A DNA stretch of 64,000 bases from Waterburya sp. (GTDB lineage: Bacteria; Cyanobacteriota; Cyanobacteriia; Cyanobacteriales; Xenococcaceae): assembly GCA_965217895.1 (NCBI GenBank), contig CBDCJV010000002.1, forward strand, positions 4,800,001 to 4,864,000. Direction: 5' to 3'. The position numbers and the translations under genes are program-made. Positions 16,930 to 28,191 of this stretch are shown piece after piece. Numbering within the stretch: the first letter of the stretch is position 1; each line of letters begins with the position of its first letter. A model generated the notes under the pieces. It ran no database searches. It was not told the DNA's origin and worked only from the letters and a program-made list of their open reading frames with translations.

Positions 16930-19263
16930 CTAAAGGGTTTTCAACACTTTCGTATTTTGGATCAGCCAGTTTTCTCCTTTAAGTATTAGCTCATAACGCA
17001 CCAGCAAGTTATCGTCATAGGATTGAGCGTTATCTAATTTTCCAGCTTGATAATGTTTAGCAATCTCTTTAACCTCTGCATCTACCGTTGCTTTTTTGGG
17101 ATTGTTAGGATCGATTTTTGCCGAACGCACGGTAACATTGTGTTCATATTCTCGATAAGAATTGCTCTTTTGGTAGTCTAAGGCGAGCTTTTGCCAAGTA
17201 GCTAGTAAAGGCTCTGCCAAAATATTATTTAGCTGGTCAATTTTATGCTCTTTGCCAAAGGCTGCTGACTTACTGGTTAGCCAAGTTTGGATCACCTGCT
17301 GGGATTGCTCGGTAAAGGTTATTTTAGGTTTGGCTGAAACTTTAGGCTTAACGTTAGGTAACTCAACCATAGGCTGAGAAATAGCGATCGCCAAAGATGA
17401 CTGATTGGCATTTTTGGCAGGATTTAAGAACAGCTTCATAGCCACAAATGCTAACGTTCCCGTTCCCAAAATAAGACCTAAGATAAACAACCAGCCCTTC
17501 CTAACGGTAGCTGAGCTTAACTTTTTCTTACGAGCAATTCGCTTTTGCCTGGCTTTGCCCTGAGCCTTTTGGATTACCTCTGGAGGAACAGCCCTTTGTT
17601 GAGATAGGGGTAAAGAAGGTGATTTTGCTTTTGCTGGGGCAGAATAATTAACCTGAGTAGAATTTTGGGGAACTGTTTGGCGAAACCTAGGTTTACTACT
17701 AATCTTAGAAGCAGCATGATTGTTTGGCAAAGCTGTGGTGGTTTGGGCTTTACCTACTGTTACGCTAACTAGTTCTCTTTCAGGCTGAGAAACCTGATTA
17801 GATGCAGCGGTTGTTGTTTTTTCAGACGCAAATAGATTACGCCAGCGAGAAAAAAAACCTGTTTCACTATTGAGCGACTTATTCTGTTGATTACTAGCAG
17901 TATCTTGCTGATGATAATCAACAGAAGCATCAGACACCTTCGGTATCAATGGTGGAAAAGCAAGTTCTTCGAGATATGCCTGAACTTCACGATCTGCAAA
18001 ATATTCTCTGATAGTCAAGCTTATGTTCGCTAAGTCAGAAAATTGAGCTACGACATCTTCCTGCAACCACTGTTCGCTATAAAAACAAATTCCTGGCAAC
18101 AGATCTTTAGTATCTAAAGAGTGTCGCTGAATTTGTTCTAGCTTTGTTTTGTCTGAACTATTTTGAAGCTTATGAATCGCTTTTTCCGTATGCCCCAGCA
18201 GCAAAGCAGATACAGCTTGCTCCCAAGCCACATCCTGCTTTTCGCCGAGATAATCGAGCTTTCTTTGGGCGCGTAAGACTAATTCGGGCTGTTTAAAGCA
18301 AAATCCTCTGGCTAAAAGAGCATAAACGGCTAAATAATTAGCGATCGCCGAATCACTTTGGGCTTCATGATCGAATAGCTGCTGTTGTTCAGTGGAGGTT
18401 AAGTAGGTTCTTAACTGCTGCACAAAGCACAAAAACTGATCGAAGTTCAAACCAGAACGATCTTGTCCTTTGCCCTCGATTCCCTGGCGTTGTAGCAGCA
18501 TTTCTCTGAGCAATTCAAATCCTTTTGCTCTTTTGGGTGAATTTGCTTGATTTTGCGAAATTAATTCGAGAACCCTATAGGGGCGAAGCTTATATAAATC
18601 TAGCTCTAATTCTGCTTTAATCTGAGGAAATAAGTTTTCGCGATTGAGTAAATCTATTCCCATTTGACTAGAAACGGCAGCATTTTCATATTCTCGCCGA
18701 TGCCACTGTTCTCGCCCCAATTCTAAGTAAGCTAGAGTCAAAGAAAGAATAATATTCTCTTGAGCCTCTGTTCTTACTTTTACTTCTCCTTGAGATGATA
18801 GTTTGTCAAACTCTTGGCTATTGAAATAATCTACCCCTAGCTGTAAAGCTAATTCGTATTCTCCTAATTCGTGCAAAATTAGCAGTGCGCCAATCAGTTG
18901 TGAAGGAGCGACTTCGATGGTAGGATTTGCCACAGGAACATCTGACCAAAGATCTTCTTGAGTCAAAGATTCTGTAGCTAATTCTGTTGACTCCTCTTCT
19001 TCTGATACTATTGCCTCAGGAACGGAAAACTCAACTGGCTGCATATTGACCAAGAATTGAGCATCATAATTAGCCCTTTGCTTAGGATCGGCTAAAACCT
19101 GATAGGCGTGCTTAATTAATTCTTGACGAGCCTGAATTGCCAGCTCGTTATATTCTCGGCGAGGCTGCTGCCTCATGCGATCGCTATATGCTTGCTCAAG
19201 CTGGCTTGAAGTTGCTTTAACAGGAACGCTTAGGATTTGATAATAGTCTAAGGGTATACGCAC
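16930..19263 (-). CDS. ftn2: Cell division protein Ftn2 (ARC6 homolog; J-like and IMS domains)
   Basis: MRIPLDYYQIL, LYKLRPYRVLEL, C-terminal WL..KS.AFG..H and VRYEL. Confidence 0.9.
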   Translation of the reverse strand: MRIPLDYYQILSVPVKATSSQLEQAYSDRMRQQPRREYNELAIQARQELIKHAYQVLADPKQRANYDAQFLVNMQPVEFSVPEAIVSEEEESTELATESLTQEDLWSDVPVANPTIEVAPSQLIGALLILHELGEYELALQLGVDYFNSQEFDKLSSQGEVKVRTEAQENIILSLTLAYLELGREQWHRREYENAAVSSQMGIDLLNRENLFPQIKAELELDLYKLRPYRVLELISQNQANSPKRAKGFELLREMLLQRQGIEGKGQDRSGLNFDQFLCFVQQLRTYLTSTEQQQLFDHEAQSDSAIANYLAVYALLARGFCFKQPELVLRAQRKLDYLGEKQDVAWEQAVSALLLGHTEKAIHKLQNSSDKTKLEQIQRHSLDTKDLLPGICFYSEQWLQEDVVAQFSDLANISLTIREYFADREVQAYLEELAFPPLIPKVSDASVDYHQQDTASNQQNKSLNSETGFFSRWRNLFASEKTTTAASNQVSQPERELVSVTVGKAQTTTALPNNHAASKISSKPRFRQTVPQNSTQVNYSAPAKAKSPSLPLSQQRAVPPEVIQKAQGKARQKRIARKKKLSSATVRKGWLFILGLILGTGTLAFVAMKLFLNPAKNANQSSLAIAISQPMVELPNVKPKVSAKPKITFTEQSQQVIQTWLTSKSAAFGKEHKIDQLNNILAEPLLATWQKLALDYQKSNSYREYEHNVTVRSAKIDPNNPKKATVDAEVKEIAKHYQAGKLDNAQSYDDNLLVRYELILKGENWLIQNTKVLKTL

Positions 19264-19497
19264 GATAATAATTCCTCTGAACGGCTTTAACGTCCTGGTA
19301 AGTGACTTGATAAGTGAAAAAATATAGATTAACTATGGCTGACGATCAAAATCTTGAATAATGGCAACAGTCTAACTAACCTCAAGACTGATACTTTACT
19401 TTTTGCCATGAATTCTAACGTAGTTTTGATAAACTGCATAAAAAATTTAGAATTTAGTTAAATAAAATACAAACAATTGTAAATTTTGTTAGCAACT

Positions 19498-20823
19498 ATG
19501 AATCCAGCACAGCCGAAGATTATTGTTCTCGATGACGATCCTACTGGTTCACAGACAGTACATAGCTGTCTGTTACTCATGGATTGGGATGTAGCTACCC
19601 TAAAACTTGGTTTGCAGGATGATGTACCAATTGTATTTATTTTAAGCAATACTAGGGCGATGAGTCCGCAAGATGCAGCAGCAACCACACAACAAATTTG
19701 TCAAAATCTCAAAATTGCGATCGCTCAAGCAGAAATTAAAGACTTTTTAGTAGTTAGCCGTAGTGATTCTACCCTTCGAGGACATTACCCCGTCGAGACT
19801 GACATTATTGCTCAAGAATTAGGAGGGTTTGATGCTCATTTTCTAACTCCCGCTTTTTTTGAAGGAGGCAGAATCACCACAGACAGCACTCACTATCTTT
19901 TAATCGATGGGGTAAAAACTCCTGTGGCAAAGACAGAATTTGCCCGTGATTCGGTGTTTGGCTATAGTCACAGCTATCTACCCGACTATGTTGCACAAAA
20001 AACTGCGGGCAAAATTCCTGCTACAGAAGTAGTTAAATTTTCTTTAGAAGACATTCGCAGTGGTCAAATTGAGCGACGCTTATTAAAACTTAATAATAAT
20101 CAATGTGTTGTTGTTGATGGTGAAACTCAAGCAGATTTCGATCTAGTTGCCAAAGCAATTTTACAAGCCACCGCTAAGGGAAAACGCTTTTTATTTCGCT
20201 CTGCTGCCAGTCTATTGACCTCTCTAGCTCAGTTAGGAGAACAGCCAACCGCTGCTGAAAACATGGGCGATTATAAGCCTACAGATAAACCTGGAGTAGT
20301 TTTGGTTGGTTCTCATGTGCAGAAAACCACTCAACAGCTAAATCAGCTATTGAAAGAAGATGATGTAGTCGGCATTGAAGTTGATGTAGTCCGTTTACGC
20401 GATCGCCCTCAAGAAAAAAACATCATTTTGCAACAGACCTTAGATGAAGTCAAACAAGCATTTACTCAGGGTAAAACCCCCGTAGTTTATACCAGCCGTC
20501 AAGAGTTAAGTTTTGCAAATACTCAACAGCGTCTTCACTTTGGCACCGAAGTTTCGGCACTGCTGATGGAGATTGTCCAGGGTCTGCCCCAGGAAATTAG
20601 TTTTTTGATTAGTAAAGGCGGAATTACTTCCAACGATGTTCTTAGCGTCGGTCTAAATTTAACCGCTGCCAGACTTCTAGGACAAATCTTACCAGGGTGT
20701 TCCGTAATTAAGACTGAGGCAGAGCATCCCCAGTTTCCCAATTTACCAGTAGTTTTATTCCCTGGAAACGTTGGCAATCAAGATAGTTTGACTGCTGCTT
20801 GGCATCGCTTAAGAATTTTCTAA
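19498..20823 (+). CDS. Four-carbon acid sugar kinase family (DUF1537)
   Basis: KIIVLDDDPTGSQTVH, SRSDSTLRGH, SKGGITS, FPGNVG. Confidence 0.88.
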   Translation: MNPAQPKIIVLDDDPTGSQTVHSCLLLMDWDVATLKLGLQDDVPIVFILSNTRAMSPQDAAATTQQICQNLKIAIAQAEIKDFLVVSRSDSTLRGHYPVETDIIAQELGGFDAHFLTPAFFEGGRITTDSTHYLLIDGVKTPVAKTEFARDSVFGYSHSYLPDYVAQKTAGKIPATEVVKFSLEDIRSGQIERRLLKLNNNQCVVVDGETQADFDLVAKAILQATAKGKRFLFRSAASLLTSLAQLGEQPTAAENMGDYKPTDKPGVVLVGSHVQKTTQQLNQLLKEDDVVGIEVDVVRLRDRPQEKNIILQQTLDEVKQAFTQGKTPVVYTSRQELSFANTQQRLHFGTEVSALLMEIVQGLPQEISFLISKGGITSNDVLSVGLNLTAARLLGQILPGCSVIKTEAEHPQFPNLPVVLFPGNVGNQDSLTAAWHRLRIF

Positions 20824-20917
20824 TTTTCGATTAAGAGAAACTTACGTTAGTATGTGAAGCGTGAAAACTACCTAAAAAGTAGATATACGTAGATATACGG
20901 ATGATCAGGATGGTTGC

Positions 20918-21757
20918 ATGACTGTTGAGCCTACTATCTCCCTAGACAAAGTTGACGATCAGCTTGATTTGTCTCCCTTAGTTAATCGCTATTCCCAGAT
21001 CTGCCTGAAAAATGACGGCGAGCAATTTTTGCTGGTGCTGCCAACTCAGGCAGAAATTAATTCTGATTTACCTTGGTCAGAAACTTGGCAAGAATTAAAA
21101 CATCTGTTACAAACCAAAGAGCAGTCTTGGCAAGTAGGGACGAAAGTATGTTTGGTTGCTAAAGATCGATTACTCGATTCTCGGCAGCTACAAACTATTG
21201 CCGAAACTTTAGATGAGGTTCAGCTATCTCTGGCAACCATTAGCACTAGTCGTCGGCAAACGGCGGTAGCAGCAGCTACTAGTGGCTATTCTGTTGAGCA
21301 GAAAACTATTGCTGAATCTTTAGGAGATAATCTGACTAACCTGACTCAGGAATCTTCTCTAGCTTTGGCAGAGCCATTATACTTACAAAATACGGTACGC
21401 TCTGGAGTGGAAATACGCCACCCAGGAACAATCGTGATTTGTGGGGATCTAAATCCAGGCGGAAAAGCGATCGCCGCAGGGGATATTTTAGTCTGGGGAC
21501 GCTTAAGGGGTATTGCCCATGCGGGAGCGCAAGGAAACCATCATTGTCGCATTGCTGCACTACAGATGGAATTTACGCAACTGCGTATTGCCAATGCCGT
21601 GGCAAGAGCGCCCAAAATAAGACCAAAAAATTTATCGCCAGAGTTGGCTTTTATGACTACAGAGGGAATTCGTTTGGCTCAAAACTCAGAGTTTGCCAAA
21701 AATTATCTTTTCTCTCTGTCACAAAAGGCATGGGTTGATAAACATCAAGCAAAATAA
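20918..21757 (+). CDS. minC: Septum site-determining protein MinC
   Basis: TVRSG, GDLNPGG..IAAGDILVWGRLRGIAHAGA. Confidence 0.93.
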   Translation: MTVEPTISLDKVDDQLDLSPLVNRYSQICLKNDGEQFLLVLPTQAEINSDLPWSETWQELKHLLQTKEQSWQVGTKVCLVAKDRLLDSRQLQTIAETLDEVQLSLATISTSRRQTAVAAATSGYSVEQKTIAESLGDNLTNLTQESSLALAEPLYLQNTVRSGVEIRHPGTIVICGDLNPGGKAIAAGDILVWGRLRGIAHAGAQGNHHCRIAALQMEFTQLRIANAVARAPKIRPKNLSPELAFMTTEGIRLAQNSEFAKNYLFSLSQKAWVDKHQAK

Positions 21758-21787
21758 TTACAGCTACACAAATCGTAAGTAAGCAAT

Positions 21788-22585
21788 ATGAGTCGAATAA
21801 TTGTTGTTACTTCTGGCAAAGGAGGAGTGGGTAAAACCACTACCACATCAAATTTGGGAGCCGCAATAGCCAAACAAAATCGTTCTGTAGCTCTCATTGA
21901 TGCTGACTTTGGATTAAGAAACTTAGACCTACTATTAGGATTAGAAGAACGAGTAGTTTATACGGCGATCGATGTACTGGCTGGCGAATGTCGTCTGGCA
22001 CAGGCATTAGTCAAAGATAAACGTCTCAAAGGTTTGGTGCTGCTTCCTGCTGCGCAAAATCGCAACAAGGAATCGGTAAAACCAGAACAAATGCAAAAAA
22101 TAGCTACGGCTTTAGCCAAAGGCTATGATTATATCTTGATTGATTGCCCGGCGGGGATTGAATTGGGTTTTCGGAATGCTATTTCCGCCGCCCAAGAAGC
22201 CTTAATTGTCACAACTCCCGAAGTTGCTGCGGTACGAGATGCCGATCGCGTGATTGGACTCTTAGAGGCAGAAGGAGTCAATAAAATTAACCTAATCGTC
22301 AATCGGGTTAAGCCTCACATGGTTGAGGAAAACAAAATGATGAGCGTTGAAGACGTTTTGGAATTGTTGGGAGTACCATTGATTGGTGTTGTTCCTGATG
22401 ATGAAAAAGTGATTGAAGCAACCAATAGAGGCGAACCTCTAGTATTAGCAGACTATGAATCTGTCCCAGGGACAGCATATACTAATATCGCTCGACGTTT
22501 AGAAGGAGAAAAAGTACCATTTCTTGATTTGATGGCAAATCAAGGCAATCTCTTGTCTCGTCTACGTCGGATGTTTGGTGGCTAA
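21788..22585 (+). CDS. minD: Septum site-determining ATPase MinD
   Basis: SGKGGVGKTT, DFGLRNLDLLLGLE, DCPAGIE, C-terminal amphipathic helix. Confidence 0.97.
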   Translation: MSRIIVVTSGKGGVGKTTTTSNLGAAIAKQNRSVALIDADFGLRNLDLLLGLEERVVYTAIDVLAGECRLAQALVKDKRLKGLVLLPAAQNRNKESVKPEQMQKIATALAKGYDYILIDCPAGIELGFRNAISAAQEALIVTTPEVAAVRDADRVIGLLEAEGVNKINLIVNRVKPHMVEENKMMSVEDVLELLGVPLIGVVPDDEKVIEATNRGEPLVLADYESVPGTAYTNIARRLEGEKVPFLDLMANQGNLLSRLRRMFGG

Positions 22586-22640
22586 TCAGCACAATAAAAT
22601 TTACAGACAACACCATTAATTATTGTGTTCGTTTTTGACC

Positions 22641-23042
22641 ATGCAACCAATCTTAAACATGATTCACGGATTTGTGGAAATGCTTTTTCCCTGGAATAGT
22701 AACGCTAATAGTCGATCTCACGCTAAGAGCCGTTTAAAGCTCATTATTGCCCATGACCGCGCCAGCATCAATCCAGATATGTTGCAGTCAATGCGGGAAG
22801 AAATTCTAGACGTAGTTGCTCGCTATGTTGAAGTAGATCGCGAGGAAATGGAATTTTCTCTTTCCAACGATCAGCGTATGACTTCTTTGACCGCTAATTT
22901 ACCTATTCGCCAAGTTAAAAGAATGGGTGAGCTTAGAGAACAGATAAACAAAATAAACAAAAATAGTTCCCTTGATGTGCAAAAACTAGAAGTAGTGGAA
23001 GTCAATCAAGGCAATGAAAGCACTGATGCTAAACCGCAGTGA
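22641..23042 (+). CDS. minE: Cell division topological specificity factor MinE
   Basis: [25 protein letters not shown]; start uncertain. Confidence 0.92.
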   Translation: MQPILNMIHGFVEMLFPWNSNANSRSHAKSRLKLIIAHDRASINPDMLQSMREEILDVVARYVEVDREEMEFSLSNDQRMTSLTANLPIRQVKRMGELREQINKINKNSSLDVQKLEVVEVNQGNESTDAKPQ

Positions 23043-23357
23043 AATAAATTCGGGTTGACCAGAAGCAACTAAGATACGATCAATATTTATTTATCGATCG
23101 TTACTTAGAACTATTGCTAATGGTCAATTTGAAGAAAGATCGTGAACAACAAAGTTATTAAGTAAGCGATGGCAATTCGGCTCGATACTATAAATATTGT
23201 GTCCAATCTGCTTAAAGTAGCATTTTCTACCATTGCTCCTTGTCATATTCGCTATTTTCTAGCTGTCTATGTAGATTTGTTGTTCATATTTTTTTGGCTG
23301 CTAATTATAATATTTGCATAATACTTTTAACTAAAATCCTCTAATAAGATTAGAAAA

Positions 23358-23933
23358 ATGACTCACACCATTAATATTAAAGCCTTTACTGATTCGATCA
23401 GCGATCGCGCCTTAGAGCAGCTATGTAGCGAAAATCCCGATCTTAGATTTGAAACCGATGCCAACGGCAAACTAATTATCATGTCGCCAACAGGAAGCGA
23501 AAGCGGAAAATTCAATATTAGTTTGGCTTTTCAAGTCGAACTGTGGAATCGACAATACAAGCTAGGAGTAGTATTTGATTCCTCTACTGGGTTTAAGTTA
23601 TCAAATGGTGCTACGCGATCGCCTGATGTTAGTTGGATTACAATTGAACGCTGGAATAGCTTGAGCGACAAGCAAAAAAGAGGTTTTGCGCCCATCGATC
23701 CTGATTTTGCGATTGAATTGATGTCTCCCACGGACAACCTAATTGAAACTCAGCAGAAGCTGATGGAATATCTTAGTTGTGGGGTCAAGCTAGGTTGGTT
23801 AATTAATCCCGATCAAAAAGAAGTAGAAATTTATCGTTCTGGTAAAGATCGAGAGCTACTCAGCAATCCTAATAGTTTATCTGGTGAAGATATATTACCA
23901 GGATTAAATGTAGATTTGTCCGATATTTTTTAG
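23358..23933 (+). CDS. Uma2-family (PDDEXK-like) protein
   Basis: MSPTG, FDSSTGF.L.NGA.RSPD.SW, PDFAIELMS, LGWLINP. Confidence 0.9.
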   Translation: MTHTINIKAFTDSISDRALEQLCSENPDLRFETDANGKLIIMSPTGSESGKFNISLAFQVELWNRQYKLGVVFDSSTGFKLSNGATRSPDVSWITIERWNSLSDKQKRGFAPIDPDFAIELMSPTDNLIETQQKLMEYLSCGVKLGWLINPDQKEVEIYRSGKDRELLSNPNSLSGEDILPGLNVDLSDIF

Positions 23934-23989
23934 ACAAGTACACTTTCAATGTTTAATGATCAATGTTTAACGTTAAATGATAAAAACGA

Positions 23990-24595
23990 ATGATTTTGCT
24001 GCGATTATTAAAATTCCTACTTTCTAACCATAAAAATCGGTTTCAATTGAGGCAATTTATTACAAGAATTGCAATGTGCCTATTAATAACTATTTTTTCT
24101 TTTTCTTGGATATCTCCGACTTTAGCCAGCATAAATGACGATCGCTATGAAGGCAATATTTTTGTTCTGTATGGTGGCAACGGTTCTTTAGTTCCGCCTC
24201 GTATGGATTTACCCACCTCTTTAGCACGAGAAAAGCCAGCGATTTTAGTATTCTACGTCGATGATAGTAGTGACTGTAAGCAGTTTTCTGGTTTAGTAAC
24301 TCGCCTCCAAGAGTTTTATGGACGAGCAGCAAGTATTATTCCCGTGACCGTTGATTCCTTTATCGATCAGCAGCAATATACCCCTAAAGATCCAGCTTAT
24401 TACTACAATGGCATAGTGCCTGAAACCGTCATCTTAAATCAGCAGGGTAAAGTGGTTTATGACGGTAAAGGACAAGTCCCCTATGAAGAGATAGACGATG
24501 CTTTAAGAGAAGTTTTTGATTTATTACCCCGCTCAGAATCTGAAGTTCTAAAACGCCGCTCCTTTAATGAATTTAATTCAGGAATGACTCAGTAA
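23990..24595 (+). CDS. Thioredoxin-like thylakoid protein (PSI accumulation factor-like)
   Basis: DDRYEGNIFVLYGGNGSLVPP, FYVDDSSDCKQ, RSFNEFN; signal peptide. Confidence 0.7.
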   Translation: MILLRLLKFLLSNHKNRFQLRQFITRIAMCLLITIFSFSWISPTLASINDDRYEGNIFVLYGGNGSLVPPRMDLPTSLAREKPAILVFYVDDSSDCKQFSGLVTRLQEFYGRAASIIPVTVDSFIDQQQYTPKDPAYYYNGIVPETVILNQQGKVVYDGKGQVPYEEIDDALREVFDLLPRSESEVLKRRSFNEFNSGMTQ

Positions 24596-24732
24596 TTACC
24601 GATCAATGCTTGTTCAGGTTAAGAAAATTAAACGGTTAGGAAAGTATAGAGATGAAGAAAATTTTATCTCAAATTACAAATCTTAATAACTAATAAGCGA
24701 TCGCAGTTTATTTTAATCTATCAACTTTAGAG

Positions 24733-26409
24733 TTAGCGCGAGTGGGTAATACGCCAGCTTAAGAAAATTACGGGGATTATACCGACCAAAATGATCGCTA
24801 AAGCTGGTGCAGCAGCTTCAGCCAGTCTTTCATCTGAGGCATATTGATAGACTCTAATGCCCAATGTATCGAAGTTAAACGGACGAATTACTAAAGTTGC
24901 AGGCAGTTCTTTCATCACGTCAACAAAAACCAACATCGTCGCGGTCAATAGTCCTCCAGACATTAAAGGAGCATGAATTTTCCAAAGAGTACTTGTTGAG
25001 CCATATCCCAAACTGCGAGAAGCATCATCTAAGCTAGGAGAAATTTTGTTGAGGCTAGATTCTACTGAACCAAAACTTACTGCCAAAAAGCGGACTAAAT
25101 AGGCAAAAACCAAAGAAGCAATTGTGCCAGAAAGCAGTAAACCAGTAGAAACATTAAATGTGGCACGCATCCAGCTATCAATGATATTGTCCAAGCCTGC
25201 CACAGGAATTAAAACCCCGACGGCAATAACTGAGCCAGGAATAGCATAACCCATAGCTGCAATTCGTACTGCTGTTTTCATTGACCAGTTGGGTTTTAGC
25301 CTTTTGCCATAAGCCATAAATAAAGAGACAATCATAGCTGCGATCGCCGTTATCATCGCTAAAGTAAAGCTATGCCGTGCTAAATCCCAAAAACCATCTT
25401 CAAACGCTGATTCTAAATTATTTAAAGTTAGCTGTAATAAATAAACAGCAGGAATTATAAAGCCCAAAGTTACTGGCAATAAACAGGTGGTTATTGCCAA
25501 GATGCTCCGCCTAAAGCCCAGTTGATAGGGAGTTATGCGTTTTAGCGAGTTAGAACTTTCATAATATTGCGCTGCGCTACGCGATCGCCTTTCTAAGACA
25601 ATTAAGACTAAGACAAAGATCATCAAAAAAGCTGCCAACTGGGCAGCAGCAGCTCTATTTCCCATGCCTAACCAAGTGCGATAAATTCCTGTAGTGAAGG
25701 TATTGACCCCAAAATACTCTACCGTCCCCAAATCATTGAGAGTTTCCATCAAAGCTAAAGCTAAACCCGCCATAATTGCAGGTCTGGCTAGAGGTAAAGC
25801 CACAGAAAAAAAACTTTGCCAGGGATTAGAACCTAAAGAGCGACTAGCTTCAATGGTACATACTGACTGTTCGAGGAATGCGACTCGTGCCAAAAGATAA
25901 ACATAGGGATATAGCACCAATAACAGCATGACTGCTGCCCCCCACAGAGAACGAATTTCAGGAAACCAATAGTCTTGAACACTTGTCCAGCCAAATAAAC
26001 TGCGTAGCCCCGACTGTACTGGACCAAAGTAATCCAGCATACTAGTGTAGGCATAAGCCAAAAGATAAGCAGGAGCAGCCAAAGGTAGCAATAGCAGCCA
26101 TTCAAACCAAGTACTGCCCCAAAAACGACACATTGTTACTAACCAAGCAGTACCAACGCCGATTAGACAAACACCAATGCCAACTACGAGCATCAGCAAT
26201 AAAGAGTTAACTATGTAGTCTTTCAGAACAGTATTAGCTAGATGTTGCCAAATTGACCCAGATTTGCTAAAAATACTGCTAAAAATAAAAAATATTGGCG
26301 TGGCGATGACCAAAGCGATCGCCATTACCAAAATTGTCCAACCACTAACAGCAAAACGCCTAATTGTTTTACTGAGTGGAGAGGTGATTACATTAAATTT
26401 CCCGTTCAC
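24733..26409 (-). CDS. futB: Fe(III) ABC transporter permease, FutB-like
   Basis: Two EAA loops (IEASRSLG, LDDASRSLG), KELPATL.IRPFNFDTL, ASDERL. Confidence 0.85.
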   Translation of the reverse strand: MNGKFNVITSPLSKTIRRFAVSGWTILVMAIALVIATPIFFIFSSIFSKSGSIWQHLANTVLKDYIVNSLLLMLVVGIGVCLIGVGTAWLVTMCRFWGSTWFEWLLLLPLAAPAYLLAYAYTSMLDYFGPVQSGLRSLFGWTSVQDYWFPEIRSLWGAAVMLLLVLYPYVYLLARVAFLEQSVCTIEASRSLGSNPWQSFFSVALPLARPAIMAGLALALMETLNDLGTVEYFGVNTFTTGIYRTWLGMGNRAAAAQLAAFLMIFVLVLIVLERRSRSAAQYYESSNSLKRITPYQLGFRRSILAITTCLLPVTLGFIIPAVYLLQLTLNNLESAFEDGFWDLARHSFTLAMITAIAAMIVSLFMAYGKRLKPNWSMKTAVRIAAMGYAIPGSVIAVGVLIPVAGLDNIIDSWMRATFNVSTGLLLSGTIASLVFAYLVRFLAVSFGSVESSLNKISPSLDDASRSLGYGSTSTLWKIHAPLMSGGLLTATMLVFVDVMKELPATLVIRPFNFDTLGIRVYQYASDERLAEAAAPALAIILVGIIPVIFLSWRITHSR

Positions 26410-26491
26410 TGTTAGTTATTAGTTATTAATTATCTTTAACCTGTAGCGATCAAATTATAGATATAGATATAGATTAGGATATTTCTAAATT

Positions 26492-26517
26492 TCTTTGCGT
26501 CTCTGCGCCTCTGCGCG
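26492..26517. repeat. Octamer tandem repeat (CTTTGCGT/CTCTGCGC)
   Basis: tctttgcgtctctgcgcctctgcgcg. Confidence 0.55.
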
Positions 26518-26562
26518 AGATAATTGTTTATGACTGCTAAAACTTTTTAACCGCCAGCTAAT

Positions 26563-27648
26563 ATGCCCAATATAAACGTAAATTTGCCTCAAGACTCTTA
26601 CGAAATAGCGATCGCTCCTAACAGTTTAGGACAATTGGGCAGCAAAATGAAGCAATTAAAGATCGGCAAAAAAGTTTTAGTGGTTTCTAATCCAGAAATA
26701 TTTAATTACTACGGAGATACCTGTCTTAAATCCCTAAAGAGTGCTGGTTTTGAAACCTGTACTCATTTAATACCCCCAGGGGAAGAACACAAACATCTTC
26801 AGTCCATACAGCAAGTATACGATACTGCCCTGGCTAACCAGATAGAACGCTCTTCTACCTTTGTTGCTTTAGGAGGAGGCGTTGTGGGAGATATGACAGG
26901 GTTTGCTGCTGCAACTTGGTTACGGGGAGTAAATTTTGTCCAAGTCCCCACTTCTTTATTGGCAATTGTCGATGCTTCAGTTGGTGGTAAAACAGGAGTT
27001 AATCATCCCCAGGGCAAAAATCTGATCGGTGCTTTTTATCAGCCAAAATTAGTAGCGATCGATCCGAATCTTTTAAAAACTCTTCCACCCAGAGAATTTC
27101 GGGCGGGAATAGCCGAGGTAATCAAATACGGCGTTATTTGGGACAAGGATCTATTTACCAAATTGGAACACGCCGAATGTTTAGACAGCCTAGAATATAT
27201 AAGCGACGAACTACTCGAAACTATGATTACTCGCTCCTGTCAGGCAAAGGCAGATGTGGTTAGCCAAGATGAAAAAGAAGCAGGTTTGAGAGCAATTCTT
27301 AATTATGGACATACCATTGGTCATGGGGTAGAAAGCTTAACTAACTACAAACAGTTTGTTCATGGGGAGGCTGTAGCTGTTGGCATGGTTGCAGCAGGAA
27401 AAATTGCCCTAGAGATGGGTATGTGGACAAAAGAAGAAGCCCAACGCCAAGATAATCTAATTGCGAAAGCTGGTTTACCCACTGACATTCCTCTAGAGTT
27501 GACCACAGAAGCTATTTTAGAAACTATCAAAAGCGACAAAAAAGTAAAAGCAGGAAAAGTACGCTTTATCTTACCTACAGCCATTGGTAAAGCAACTATA
27601 AGCGATCGCGTAACTCCAGAAATAATCAAAAAAGCTCTCAGCTTTTAG
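26563..27648 (+). CDS. aroB: 3-dehydroquinate synthase
   Basis: [33 protein letters not shown]. Confidence 0.97.
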   Translation: MPNINVNLPQDSYEIAIAPNSLGQLGSKMKQLKIGKKVLVVSNPEIFNYYGDTCLKSLKSAGFETCTHLIPPGEEHKHLQSIQQVYDTALANQIERSSTFVALGGGVVGDMTGFAAATWLRGVNFVQVPTSLLAIVDASVGGKTGVNHPQGKNLIGAFYQPKLVAIDPNLLKTLPPREFRAGIAEVIKYGVIWDKDLFTKLEHAECLDSLEYISDELLETMITRSCQAKADVVSQDEKEAGLRAILNYGHTIGHGVESLTNYKQFVHGEAVAVGMVAAGKIALEMGMWTKEEAQRQDNLIAKAGLPTDIPLELTTEAILETIKSDKKVKAGKVRFILPTAIGKATISDRVTPEIIKKALSF

Positions 27649-27708
27649 CTACGTCTAAAGTAATCTTAGAGACTGTTTGTAAAAAGAAAAGAAAATTATC
27701 CTGCTATT

Positions 27709-27786
27709 AGGTAGTGAGGTATTTGGAGTATTTGGGGTATTTGGAGTAGTGAAGTTTCTACTCCATCTTCACCACTTCTCCATCCT
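27709..27786. repeat. G-rich 9-mer / C-rich tract repeat, second copy
   Basis: GAGGTATTT GGAGTATTT GGGGTATTT GGAGTAGT then CTCCATCTTCACCACTTCTCCATC; resembles 8276-8412. Confidence 0.6.
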
Positions 27787-27892
27787 TAATATTTACTTTA
27801 CAAACATTTTCTTAAAAGTAAAGTTCTATTAGTAGCTAGATTTGCATCAAAGGCTAACTAAAATTAAAATTGTTTATAATATTTTAGTATTC

Positions 27893-27911
27893 AGTACAAT
27901 AAAAAGTACAA
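27893..27911 (+). promoter_or_regulatory. Putative YefM operator (two AGTACAA boxes 12 bp apart)
   Basis: AGTACAA at 27893 and 27905, just upstream of the antitoxin ATG; GTAC core as in known yefM-yoeB operators. Confidence 0.55.
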
Positions 27912-27927
27912 CTATTAAAATTAAATC

Positions 27928-28191
27928 ATGGACGTTCTCAGTGCCAGTCAAGCAAGAGCTAATCTATTCAAATTACTAGAGCAAGTAAATCAAGATAGCA
28001 AACCACGAATTATCACTTCCCGTAAAGGAGATGGAGTTTTAATTTCTAAAGATGATTGGGAAAGTTTGCAAGAAACACTCTATCTACAGTCAGTACCAGA
28101 ATTAGTAGAATCAATCAAAGAAGCTGAAGCAGATGATGAATGGGTGTCAGAAAGAGAGTTTATGGACAAACTAAATGGTTTGGACGATTAA
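27928..28191 (+). CDS. yefM: Phd/YefM-family antitoxin
   Basis: SQARANLFKLLEQV, VLISKDDWESLQETLYL. Confidence 0.9.
   Translation: MDVLSASQARANLFKLLEQVNQDSKPRIITSRKGDGVLISKDDWESLQETLYLQSVPELVESIKEAEADDEWVSEREFMDKLNGLDD

Noticed and set aside
16418..16930. Housekeeping ncRNA (rnpB, ssrA, ffs, tRNA) or intron in the GC-rich structured spacer
   Set aside because: I found no hallmark motifs (e.g. GAGGAAAGTCC, tRNA T-arm, SRP loop), and the block decomposes into repeats found elsewhere in the window.
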